DNA from: Raillietiella orientalis
Taxonomy: Eukaryota
DNA: 64,000 bases
Assembly (NCBI GenBank): GCA_036172245.1
Contig: JAYWIR010000001.1
Location: 6,758,001-6,822,000, forward strand
Direction of reading: 5' to 3'
Both the position numbers and the translations under genes were made by a program. Within the stretch, counting starts at the first letter, position 1; every line of letters begins with the position of its first letter. Positions 39,431 to 50,099 of the stretch are shown here, piece after piece. The notes beneath the pieces were generated by a model. It saw only the letters and a program-made list of their open reading frames with translations, did not search any database and had not been told where the DNA came from.

Positions 39431-42085
39431 GTCAAAGGAAGCTTGGGTTGAGACCTTGAGATTCATTTTCTCTACAGCCTTCGATGTCCATGAAAGCAAT
39501 CATGGTTTTAATTCATTAATTCGGGATGCAAGGTGTCGACTAGCTGCCCAGATCAACCCAAATGTCGTTCTGGGGAAGCAGAGATCGATGCAGCCTTCTG
39601 ATGCAAGCTTTACCAAACCTTACTCCTCTCCGTCGTAACCTTGGGAGCAGCACACACACCGACAGCACTGTGCCTGTTTTCAAACATCTTCGTACAGTTG
39701 TGCGAGCGCAGCGACTGGAAGTATCGAAAATCTCCGCCAGTATCCATCCATCTTGACAGGGTCATGCCCCAACGCCGATTCGTTCCTGTGCAACAGCATG
39801 CACACGCACAATCTTTCGACACAGAAATCCTTCACTAAATGCACAATCAAATAGGGCCCGGTCATCTTCGATTTCAGGCAACTTTCCCGACGCTGCAATC
39901 CATCCCGTCGGACAACCTAATCAAATATCACGCTTGAATTCATCACCGCTGAATACTTCGGGAGGCACCTTCAGCCCCCTTACTGGCCGTCATGCAAGCG
40001 CCCGTGCCGCAGAGGGTCCCCCACTTCAACCTGTCCTTTCGCGCTTTCCTTTTCGCCACTTTATGCAAATCGAATCCTGTGCAGCTGGCTGCTCAGAGAA
40101 CTTTGTTTTATAAGCAAGTGAGGGAAGCAAACACGCTGGTTTTCCATCCCGTCGTGCTAATAAAAGACGTTCAAAGATTTGACTAGGGTCTGCCCTAGTC
40201 AAAGACATTCATGCACTCCCTCCAAAGTGGACCTCTCATCTCCATGCTGTTACATTAGCCATGAGCGTTCGGTTCGATTTAGGGGCTCACGTTTTTGTTT
40301 GTCTTCCGTTCTTCATCCTGCGTCCTCTGATGCGTTGAGACGTTGTTACTATGCATACCCACGTCGTGAAGGAGTCGCCGTTATGCAAGCGCCTGCAACG
40401 TCTGTCTGTAAAACCAAATAGGAATCACGGTGGCCACACTTTTGGGGAACCGATCCTCGAAGATGTTGTCGTTTTAAGAGAGGGAAGAAAACACTGGAGT
40501 ATTTTCATCATCCGAGCCTCGTTCCAAAAATGTACTGCTTCGGACGAAGTGACGTCAGACTATGAAGAAGGAAAACCTGCTTTGACTTTTTTTTTTCCAA
40601 GCATTTGCGTTCATGCTGTTCGAAAGTGGTCGTGGCACCGCTTACGCAATGTGCAGATTCTCAGTAGTTAGCGCTCTCCCTGTTTTAGTTGTCAATGAGG
40701 CTGGCAACACTGAGTGCCTATTCAGAAAAAGGAAAAAAAAGAAAAAAAGTAGACTTTCGGTTTTATTGTTCTTGTTCACGGAAGGCATCTCCTGGACGAA
40801 AGTCAAGAAATGATGAATTCTTAAACAGAACTTTCTAAGCAGTTGCGCCTTAGCGGCGCTTGGACAAGCGGCACGTCCTCGTGCACATAACTCAACATCC
40901 ACCTCTTCTACCTCCGAACCGGAAATTATGAATTCTGTGAAAAGTGTCTGTTTCCAGGCCTTGCGAAACCGATTTGTTGCCGTAAATTAACGCTCTTACA
41001 TTCGAATGCGTGTCACTGTACATTCTATCAAGGTCTTGTGTGCATACTGTCCTTATACAAGTCTGGACTTGCTGAACCGTGCACCCAGTGAACACAATCA
41101 CGTACAAATCTCTTGCGGTTTTTGAATCTCGAAGACCTCCAGAATTGGAATATATGCATATCTATACAAATGCGCATTCCAGCTCTGGGCATGTGACATG
41201 TACATCCAAAATGGGAATGTATCTGGATCCATATATATAGAGAGAGAGAGAAAGAGAGAGACGAATAAGGTATTCCTGGTACAGATATTCCACATCAGTT
41301 GGAACGTATCACCCGAAACACCTGCTGCATCCCAGCGTGGACGCCCGAATAATGAATCCGACTTTCTGAAATGATCGTCATCAACGGTCACATGATGCTT
41401 CCCTCCGCTCAGCAACCAAATTCTGTCAACTTACTGTACCCATTTACGTCAGCACGCACGCGGAATCCCACCGCGGAAATTCGCTGTTCGTGCTTTTATT
41501 GCGGTATGCACCTTCAGAAGCTTTTCCTTGTTTAGCATCACACAGAATCCAGCACTCAGGTATTTGACCCTCGCGCTGGAAGCTCGGAAGATGAGAATTT
41601 GATGACTTTGTATCCCTTTCGCTGATTAACTTCCATCAAAGCATGGCGCTGCTTCGAATCTCATCATGCGGTCAGGGCGTAGGGGCAAATCGTCTCTTCA
41701 GAGATTCCTTCCCAAGAAGTGAATCCCTGGATTCAGTTAATTAGCGACGGTGAATCGTCAGAGAACTTCTTCCCTGGATCCACTCGGTTTATCAACATCT
41801 TCCTCCTTTTCTGTCAACAGCAGCTTCCTCGCATTCACACACGTCCCGTGAGAACTGTCTGGATGCAATCGAAATCGTATACTTTACTTTCCTGTCGAGA
41901 AATGAAAAACTGGTTGCAGGAATTCCTTCCCGAGTGGTTGCACTCGTCCGTACTGTTCCTTCGAAATTCTTATGGGAACAGGCGTTGCCGGGTATTGAAT
42001 TCGAATCTAACCTTTGACAATTGACATTTAACAGTCATGTGTATTTGTATTTCAGGTTAATGATTGTGAATGTTTTGATCTTCAG

Positions 42086-42509
42086 GGTATTGGAAGTCTA
42101 CTAAGCGCATTGAAAGTTGTGCGTCTCTTGAGGCTAGGAAGAGTGGTGCGGAAGCTGGATCGTTATCTAGAATATGGAGCGGCTATGCTCATCTTGCTCT
42201 TGTGCTTTTACATTCTGGTCGCTCACTGGTTGGCGTGCATATGGTACAGCATAGGTCGCTCCGACGCAGACAACGGGATAACTCATAGCTGGCTATGGAA
42301 ACTAGCGAATGTTACCCACAATCCCTACACCTACGTGTGGAACAACGAAACATTTACTGCGGAACTCGCCAACGGTCCAAGCAAAAGTGCCATGTACATT
42401 ACGGCTCTGTACTTCACTATGACTTGTATGACGAGCGTTGGCTTTGGAAACGTCGCTGCGGAGACCGAGAACGAGAAGATTTTCACCATTTGCATGATGA
42501 TTATCGCTT
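42086..42509 (+). CDS. eag: eag exon (S4, S5, pore with SVGFGN filter, S6 start)
   Basis: tcttcag|..|gtgagt; GIGSLLSALKVVRLLRLGRVVRKLDRYLEYGAA...TCMTSVGFGNVAAETENEKIFTICMMIIA. Confidence 0.96.
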
Positions 42510-42552
42510 GTGAGTAACACACTGAATGTTGAAATGAATTTCTGGTGGTTAG

Positions 42553-42752
42553 CTCTGCTTTATGCAACCATCTTCGGCCACGTAACAACCATCATACAAC
42601 AAATGACTTCGGTCACTGCTAAGTACCACGAAATCCTCAACAGCATCAGAGAGTTCATCAAACTCCACGAAGTCCCCAAGAACTTGTCGGAGAAAGTTCT
42701 CGATTACGTTGTGTCTACTTGGGCCATGACCAAAGGGATAGATACGGAAAAG
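42553..42752 (+). CDS. eag: eag exon (S6 end, C-linker)
   Basis: ggttag|..|gtacac; (S)LLYATIFGHVTTIIQQMT...STWAMTKGIDTEK. Confidence 0.94.
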
Positions 42753-42804
42753 GTACACAAGGTCATAGCCCATCACCATGATTGCGATGGACTTTTGCCG
42801 GTAG

Positions 42805-43057
42805 GTCTTCAAGTACTGTCCGAAAGACATGAGGGCCGACATCTGCGTGCACCTGAACCGCAACGTGTTCAACGAACACCCGTGTTTTCGGCTCGCGAGC
42901 GACGGGTGCCTGAGGGCTCTCGCAGTGCACTTCATCATGAATCACCTCGCTCCCGGAGACCTGATATACCACATCGGAGAATCCATCGACGCCCTGTGCT
43001 TCATCGTCTCCGGATCCCTAGAAGTCATTCAGGATGATGAAGTGGTTGCTATTTTGG
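42805..43057 (+). CDS. eag: eag exon (C-linker and CNBHD start)
   Basis: cggtag|..|gtatct; [39 protein letters not shown]...[14 protein letters not shown]. Confidence 0.94.
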
Positions 43058-43299
43058 GTATCTTCAAATTGAATACTGAAACAATTTTGTTGTTTAAAAA
43101 AGATGCTTCGGTGCTTTTCGAGGGCATTCTTTCTGCAACGCCTCAGATCTGCTTCACGAGTTTTTAAGATGACGATGATTCGCTTAAGGAATGCTCCAGG
43201 CAGTGCTTTTTCTTTGGGTGAAGCGAAGCAAGGCAACCGGTTAAAAAGCCAAAAAAGGCAAAAGGCATTCCGCTTCGAAGTAACCGAGGCAACGTTGTT

Positions 43300-46200
43300 G
43301 AAACAGCAACGTCTGAGGACCTCCATTCTCCGTGAAGAGTTTCGTGCACTTTTTGTGCACCCGCGCATCTCCGACGTCCGTCGCTGTCTCACTTTTCGAG
43401 TGCGCGAGTCCGGTGCCGCCTCCCCGTCTCCAATCGCAACGGAATGCGGCATATAAATGAAGCTGGACTTGTTTCCCTTCCCTCCCCTCCTTGTTTGTCT
43501 GCTCCTTGTTTTTAATTTTCCTTTTCTTTCAACATCCTCTCGTTCCTAAGTCTGAGGAGACCCGGAGTCGGAATTTTTGGACGCCGGCTCTCCGGCAATT
43601 ACAAAATGGAAGCGACTGCATCGATCGATTCGCGTCTTGAGATTCTCTCCTCCCCCCTCCCTCCCCCATCTCCCTTCCTCCTCCTTCTTCAACTGATGGT
43701 TCCCTTATCCGTGAATAATTCCACTCGAAATGCAGCCGTCTCCTTCTACGTCTAGCATTCATCATTGTCTTTCCTCTCGCACCCAACCCGGTTTCGACCT
43801 GGTTGCAGTGTCGAAGGGCAACCCGCGCGCGGGAACGCGACTTCCGAGGAATCACGGAAATGCTTCTTCCTTGCCGAGGTGAGAGCGAGCATCACGTCCG
43901 AATCCCTCGCGCAGAAGCTGAAGTCCGAGCCTCTTCCTGAAATGGTCTGCATCGGGAAAATTCCGATGCACCTCCGGGATGCCGTCCGAGGTCTTGCGAT
44001 TCCAGAGGCAGTCGCCTCCACGCGGCATTTTCCTCCCTGTCCGGGATCGGCGCGTCTCCCATAGGGACGCTGATCCCCGAATGCCTGGCTTGTTGAGGCT
44101 GCGCCCTTGGGAACGGGCACCAGCCGCGCATAGGCAGCGCCACCATCGGCTTCCATCTCTAACGAGTCACGCCCGCTCTGGAGTAACTATTGGCTCTGCA
44201 CAAGAGAAACTCCTCTCTCCCGAGTTCCCGCATTGCGGCGGCGCCACCAAATGGAGCCCGACGTTCCACCGAACTCTCAGCGTCCTCTTCGTCGGGTCAG
44301 CCCGTTCTCCCTGTCTCGAACGAACACTTGTTTCCGTGTAAGCGCGGGAGGGGGAGGAGTCCAGTTTCGTCGGAGCGACTGCAGGCGTACTTGGAATCGC
44401 ACCTGGAAGGTGCTCCCGGAAGTTGCCTCGAAGACGCGCTCGTCAGCTCAGTGATCCCACCCTGTGGAGCGAACCGTCGCGCGTCTACGCAGTCACGGGG
44501 AGAATGTGCGCCCCCTGGTAATGGTTGCATGGAGTCGTGTTAGCCGGACGGGCGTTGCGTGCCGAACGGACTGTGATTTCAAGAGGGAGGTCGCCCGCGC
44601 ACAGCGGGCGTCCGTGCCACCACGAGCGCAGCCAGACCCACCCACTGCGTGCAGCAGCAGCACCCACCGCACCGCTTGAGAGACCAGAAGAAACGTGCGC
44701 TCCTGCGAGAAGGCAACAGCAGCGAGCTGTGTGTGTGTGTGTGTGTGTGTGTGCAGGCAGCTCTCCGGGATCGGGAAGAGCAACGGTTCCTGTCATCGGT
44801 GAAGTCGGTCCGTCACACTCTCCACGGCTGCCGCGATGGATAGCAGAGGGGATCAATAGTGGAGCAGGAACCCCCTTGCTATTGATCCTCGACTCGATCG
44901 CGACTTCTTCTGCCGACAGAGAGATGGTGTGGGTATCTTGCAAGACCTGGGATCAATGAAGGTTGCTCTTGGTCGTGCAACCCTATCGATTTTCCTTTTC
45001 TCGTGGTAATTATATTCCTCTGATCAAACTTTATGATTTTACGCTTGCTCCGACCCATTGGCAAATGCTGAAAGGGACTGGGAAAACGACTCCTTTGTTT
45101 GCTTTCCATCTCCTCTGGAAAGACGGAAGCGAAAACTTGAAACTTGCGTTCCTTTTTGATAGCTCTGTCGTTTGTTAATCGAATTACACTCTGTGCGTGA
45201 ATGGAGCTGCATCCACGAGGGGATGCGAGGTCATCATTCGATAGATCATTTGACAAAATACGCAGGGCTCTCTGCTCCGAGAGCTCAGGGCGCTTTTCGC
45301 TTCACGCACTCCGTTGCCAGGCAGGAGACGAAGGAATTCGTCTTTTCCGAGCTGATGCTCCCGCGTCAATGGGAAGCTGGCTCCTCCTCTTCCATGCTGC
45401 GGACTTCCTCGAGACCTCTGCCGCTCTTCTGCGACTCCTCCTCTTCCACGCAGGAGCGATTTTCGAATTTCAAGGAAGCGTTGCTCTCCCTCTCGCTGCC
45501 CCACTTCGAGCCCTCCAGAAGCCCTTTTCCCCTCAGCAAACCACCTTCCAGAACGAGCCCTCGTGTTCCATTCGAGCCCTTTCTCCCGGCTGTTCGATCT
45601 ATTCCTTTGCTCAAGTCCAGGAAAGGTCCCAGTCGCCCTGCAGGTTCGGTTCCTTTTGATCAGGTTCCCCATCGTTGCCTCTTGAGTCCGTTGGGGACAC
45701 TGAGCGCCGACTGAAAGTGCTCGCCTCCGGGTGAGGCTGGCGTCCAGATCGAGAAGCGAGCAGAACTGAATGCTCCTGGATGCTTCGAAAGCCGCAGCTT
45801 AAGCGCAGCGGAGGTCTTGTTGTCCCGGTTTCCAGCGTTCCTCTCCGTTTCCCATAGCCGGTCTTCGATTGCCGGCACCCTGTGCGAGCCCCCTTCCAGG
45901 GAGGGAGACCGCCGCTCCTGTGGAGCGTTCTCTCCCCACCCACCCACTCCCACCCGATCTCCTCCGTTGCCATCCCGGAGGAGGCGGGACAGGTCTGGTT
46001 CCTCTTGTCCTGCATTTCAGTAACTTCCGGTACTCCGGGATTCCCTGAAGCGCTGTTTGGATCCGACGATCCTTTCCAGTATCAAGGAGTCTTCCTACGG
46101 AACTTGCTGCCGTCTCTCGATGGCGCGTGATCATCATCCAACGCGTCCTGCGATCCTCCTGCGCAAGGAGCTCCCAGAATTCCCTGGCTGCACGTCTCGC

Positions 46201-47880
46201 ACCCACGCGTTCATCTCTAGGGCTGGAGGGGGGAGGGGGAATGTGCGCTGTACTCCTTCTGCTCGCGCCAAAATGAAGGAGGCGCGGAAGAAGAGTGGCC
46301 AGCCGCGTTTCCGCTGACCACTAGCAAGCGCATCTCGCATGGGAGGAGGACAGGCTGCTCGTGCGGATCCCCCTGAACCATGACACCGCCTCTCAACCGC
46401 CTGACTCCTCTCGGGTCTGACCCTCGTGTTCGATACGCATGACCTGCGTCTCCTCTTGGAAGAGTCCGCCGAAGACCTCCTCTGATTCTCACTTCTTCTC
46501 TCTCTCTTCCTTTGTTCACTCTGAAAGCGGTGCCTCCGCGGATGTCGCCCGTCGACCTCGCGGCTGCTCCTCGTGGAACGACTTTGAAGGCCTCTCGAGG
46601 AGTCTTCACGCAAGCATCTTCTGGTCGTGGTGCTCTCCTCGTTTACTCGAGACGAGTCCTCAGCGTCTCTGCCACTTGTTGAAAGGGTGGGTGACGATAT
46701 GCTCGCATGGGGTCCGAGAAGGCTTCCGCGGACCAGGAGCTCGAGTGTGCAGAAGAAACGGGTCACTGTCCTTGCCCTCAACCAGTTGAGCCTAGCTTCT
46801 TCGCTGGAGGCAAGAAAAAAAAAAAAAAAGGAGAGGGGGGAGCATCTCTCGAGTGGAGCATTTTGAGGGTGCAGCAATGTTGGGGAACGGCCGAGTCTTC
46901 TTCCTCCTGCAGAGCTGGTGCACAGCGCACCTCGAGAGGGTCGGCCCGTTCCCGTTTGCCTTCGTTGCGATCAGGTGAAGAGAGGCGGAAGGAGAAGAAT
47001 TTTTAAGAGGATTGCCGGGAGCACTTCGAGAAACGAGATGCTGGAGGGCGCCTCCTCGTGCGCACCGGGATTGGCTCTTGACTCCTGAGCGGATCCCTTC
47101 AGCTTCCGCGGCTTTTTTTCTTCCGCCACCGGGTCTTTTCTCTCCTACTTTTCCGTTTTTCGGGAGATCCGAGACTCCTACAGCTTTCTGTTCCGCTCTC
47201 CTGTTCTTCCTCTCGCCTACAGGTGGAAGAAACGGGAAGAGGATTCGTCTGCGGTGCTCGCCCGGTCTGGTTCCTCTCGGTGATATGGTGGACGTACACT
47301 CCGCTTCTCCCTTGCTAGGTGGATGATGCTTCTCGGCTTCCGAACCACCGCCTCATACTCTAACAACCCCATGTCCCTGGAGACCCTCCCCAAGAACAAG
47401 CCACGGCTTCCGGTGCTCGCTGCGCAAAGCAGTCATCCGCGCATCTCAGCTGCTGATCGTGCGTGTTCGGTTCCCGAGAGAGGCAGTGGCCTTTTTTCGA
47501 AGCTTCGCTCCCTCTTCTTCCTCCTTCTTCTTCCCTCCCTCCTTTTTCCCTACCGCCTTCTTCCTTTCTTTTCTTCTCCTCCTCCTCTTCCTTTCGTCTT
47601 CTCCTCCTCCTTCTCCTCTTTCCTTCTCCTCCTCATGCTTTTGCCATCCCTTCTCCTCTTTTTTTCTTTTTACTCTGCCACAGATTCCGGGAGAAGGGAA
47701 GAGGGAGCGAACCCGGATTCTGCCGTCTTCTTCGACTGTCCGACATCGCCCTCGACTCGACGCTCTCCAGTTTGATGGACACCCGCTCGGAAAAGTGAGG
47801 GGGCTGCGGAGTGGCACGAATGGCGGTGCTCGCGCCGGTGCGCATTAGGGCGAAGCCGCTGCTTTTCTCCCTCCCCCTTC
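43300..47880. mobile_element. decayed LINE mosaic filling the eag intron 43058-47921
   Basis: + strand EN from 43696 (TRNAA, FDLVAVS, RGRGR); - strand linker RARSGRWFAEGKRAS near 45550; + strand C-term and CT tract at 47200-47680. Confidence 0.45.
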
Positions 47881-47921
47881 GCATCCGCGATTCTGATGGT
47901 CTCCTCGCACTCTGCTTAAAG

Positions 47922-48118
47922 GGAAAGGAGACGTCTTCGGAGATACCTTCTGGAAGGAGCAGAACGTGGGTCAGTCCGCTGTGAACGTGCGTGCCCTGAC
48001 CTACTGCGACATCCACTCCATCAAGCACGACAAGCTGCTAGAGGTGCTGTCCTTCTACTCGAGCTTCGCCAACTCTTTCTCGAGGAACATCATTCTGACC
48101 TACAACCTGAAGCACCGC
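47922..48118 (+). CDS. eag: eag exon (CNBHD with intrinsic-ligand YNL motif)
   Basis: cttaaag|..|gtaagt; (G)[34 protein letters not shown]...[11 protein letters not shown]. Confidence 0.94.
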
Positions 48119-48239
48119 GTAAGTCTCCACCGGAGGAAGGGGCGACTGCGCCCGCGTGCGGGGTTTCTGACTCCTGCCCCCTGCCCCCACCGCCCCTTCC
48201 AAAACCTCTTTAAGTCGGTCAGCCTCTCGTCTCTTGTAG

Positions 48240-49334
48240 CTTATCTTCCGGAAGCTGTCCGACCTGAGGAAGGAGAAGGAACTGGCGGAGAAGCTGAAGA
48301 ACCACCCCCACGAGGAAATCTCCCAGGAGCGCCTGGTCAGGAAGCTGTTCTCCCGCTTCCGGAAGGCGGACAAAGGGTCCGTGGACTCCGTGACCCAGGA
48401 CTCTCAGCACAGCGACGTGGAAAAGGGAGAACACAAGTCGGACTCCATCTTCCGGAGGATTTCCCACTGTCTGCCCCTGGCCCCTTCCCTGGAAGTGCCC
48501 GCGACCTGTGACGCCTACAGCGTCGCGAGGCTCGGCCACGCGACCTCCTCTGGATTCTTCAACAACCGGTTCCTGAAGATCGACTGCTCCAGGATAGCCC
48601 CCCTGAGCAATCCGGTGGTCAACGTGACCCCCAGTCCCCACGATGTGATTAAGCAGGACAGTGCGGCGGACTCCTCCCAATACGAGTGTCTCAAGAAGGC
48701 CGACTCAGTACCTGACGCAGCAGCCCTCCGGAAATGTTTCCAGTCGTGCGAAGCGAACCACCGCTCGTCCGCGGGCTCTCCTCCTCCTCCTCCCCCTCCT
48801 CCACCACCACCACCACCTCCTCCTCCTCCTCCCCCTTCTCCCCCTCCTCCTCCTCCTCTGCACCACCCTTTTCCCCCTTACCACCCCTCGGGCAGTTTCT
48901 CGAGCGAGTTCCAGCACATACTGTCCACCCTCATGGACATCAAAGTGGACGTGAAGCTCGAGATGCAGAAGCTCACGCACAAGATGAACAGACTGGAGGA
49001 GCGCATGACGGAGATGCAGAACCACCTGTACCGGGACAAGGCGAGGCACCAGCCCTCCCGGCCCGGCACGGGGTCTCCGGTCCAACGGAGGCACCGGCTG
49101 CCTCCCGAGGGCCTTCCTGGGAAAGCGAGCGAGGCGGCAGCGTCGGACCCCCCGCCGGACCCCCCTCCGGAGCCGCAGCACCCTGGTCAGGAGGCGAAGA
49201 TCAGGAGACCCCCGAGCATGAGTCGCTCCGATTCCATCCCGACTGATCTGTCATCGGACTCGTCTCCGCCGCTCGCTACAAAGGTCAATAAAAAGATGGC
49301 CGATCAGTCATTTGTTGAAAAAAAAGAACTGTGA
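48240..49334 (+). CDS. eag: eag terminal exon (CaM-binding segment, poly-Pro, assembly coiled coil, stop)
   Basis: cttgtag|[17 protein letters not shown]...[11 protein letters not shown]...SDVEKG...[24 protein letters not shown]...KKEL*; continuous frame, although small internal introns cannot be excluded. Confidence 0.88.
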   Translation, partial: LIFRKLSDLRKEKELAEKLKNHPHEEISQERLVRKLFSRFRKADKGSVDSVTQDSQHSDVEKGEHKSDSIFRRISHCLPLAPSLEVPATCDAYSVARLGHATSSGFFNNRFLKIDCSRIAPLSNPVVNVTPSPHDVIKQDSAADSSQYECLKKADSVPDAAALRKCFQSCEANHRSSAGSPPPPPPPPPPPPPPPPPPPSPPPPPPLHHPFPPYHPSGSFSSEFQHILSTLMDIKVDVKLEMQKLTHKMNRLEERMTEMQNHLYRDKARHQPSRPGTGSPVQRRHRLPPEGLPGKASEAAASDPPPDPPPEPQHPGQEAKIRRPPSMSRSDSIPTDLSSDSSPPLATKVNKKMADQSFVEKKEL

Positions 49335-49824
49335 TATTTGCTTGTAGGACATTCAGCCCAGACATTCTGCCCCCCAGAAGCGCCACCAATTTCTATTTTT
49401 ATATCCGATTTACCGGTTGTTTCGGGACCGCCTTGCAGTTTCCTTTTTGGAAACGTCCACTCCGTTTCGACTGTTGTTGTTGTTGTTGTTGTTTTGCGCC
49501 CTCCCCTCCTTCCCCCCCCCCCCCTCCCCTCTCCCTTCTTGTACGTGTACGTGCGTGGATTTTTTTTTTTTTTTTTTTTTTCGTATGTGTCTGCGCGTGC
49601 GTGTGCGTGCGCGCGCGCGTGTGTACGTGTGTGTGTGTGTGTTTTTTTGGGCCCCTCCCCCCTCCCCCGTTGCCGTAGTAGTTGCTGCTGTTTTTCTTTT
49701 TCGATTTGGATGGACGGCCCTCTTTCTCTGTGTGTGTGTTGGGCCACCTCGACGCCTTCGACCACCGGTCAGTGCATTTTTATTTCCATCATGTTCTCGC
49801 TTATTCCGTTTCCCTCCATATCAA

Positions 49825-49830
49825 AATAAA
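49825..49830 (+). promoter_or_regulatory. candidate eag polyadenylation signal
   Basis: AATAAA about 490 nt after the stop codon, followed by a T/GT-rich tract near 49856-49872. Confidence 0.35.
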
Positions 49831-50099
49831 GACTTTTTGCCACGAGTTCCGAGTCTTTTTTTTGTGTGTTTTTCCTCTCTCGCATATCCCTCCGACCCCC
49901 AACCCTCCTCCGCTTGCTCTTCTGGCTCCCACGAAAAAGAGAAAGTGGCTGCTGGAATCGGCGGGACCAAAGGATCCTCCCACGAACCTTCCAGACGGAC
50001 TGTTTGGCACGGCGAGACCGCGCCCCTCGACCTCTTCCTTACCTCGCAGTGACCGGCGAGCCTCCGAGACCGCCTCACAAGTCACCCCATCCGCAGTGC

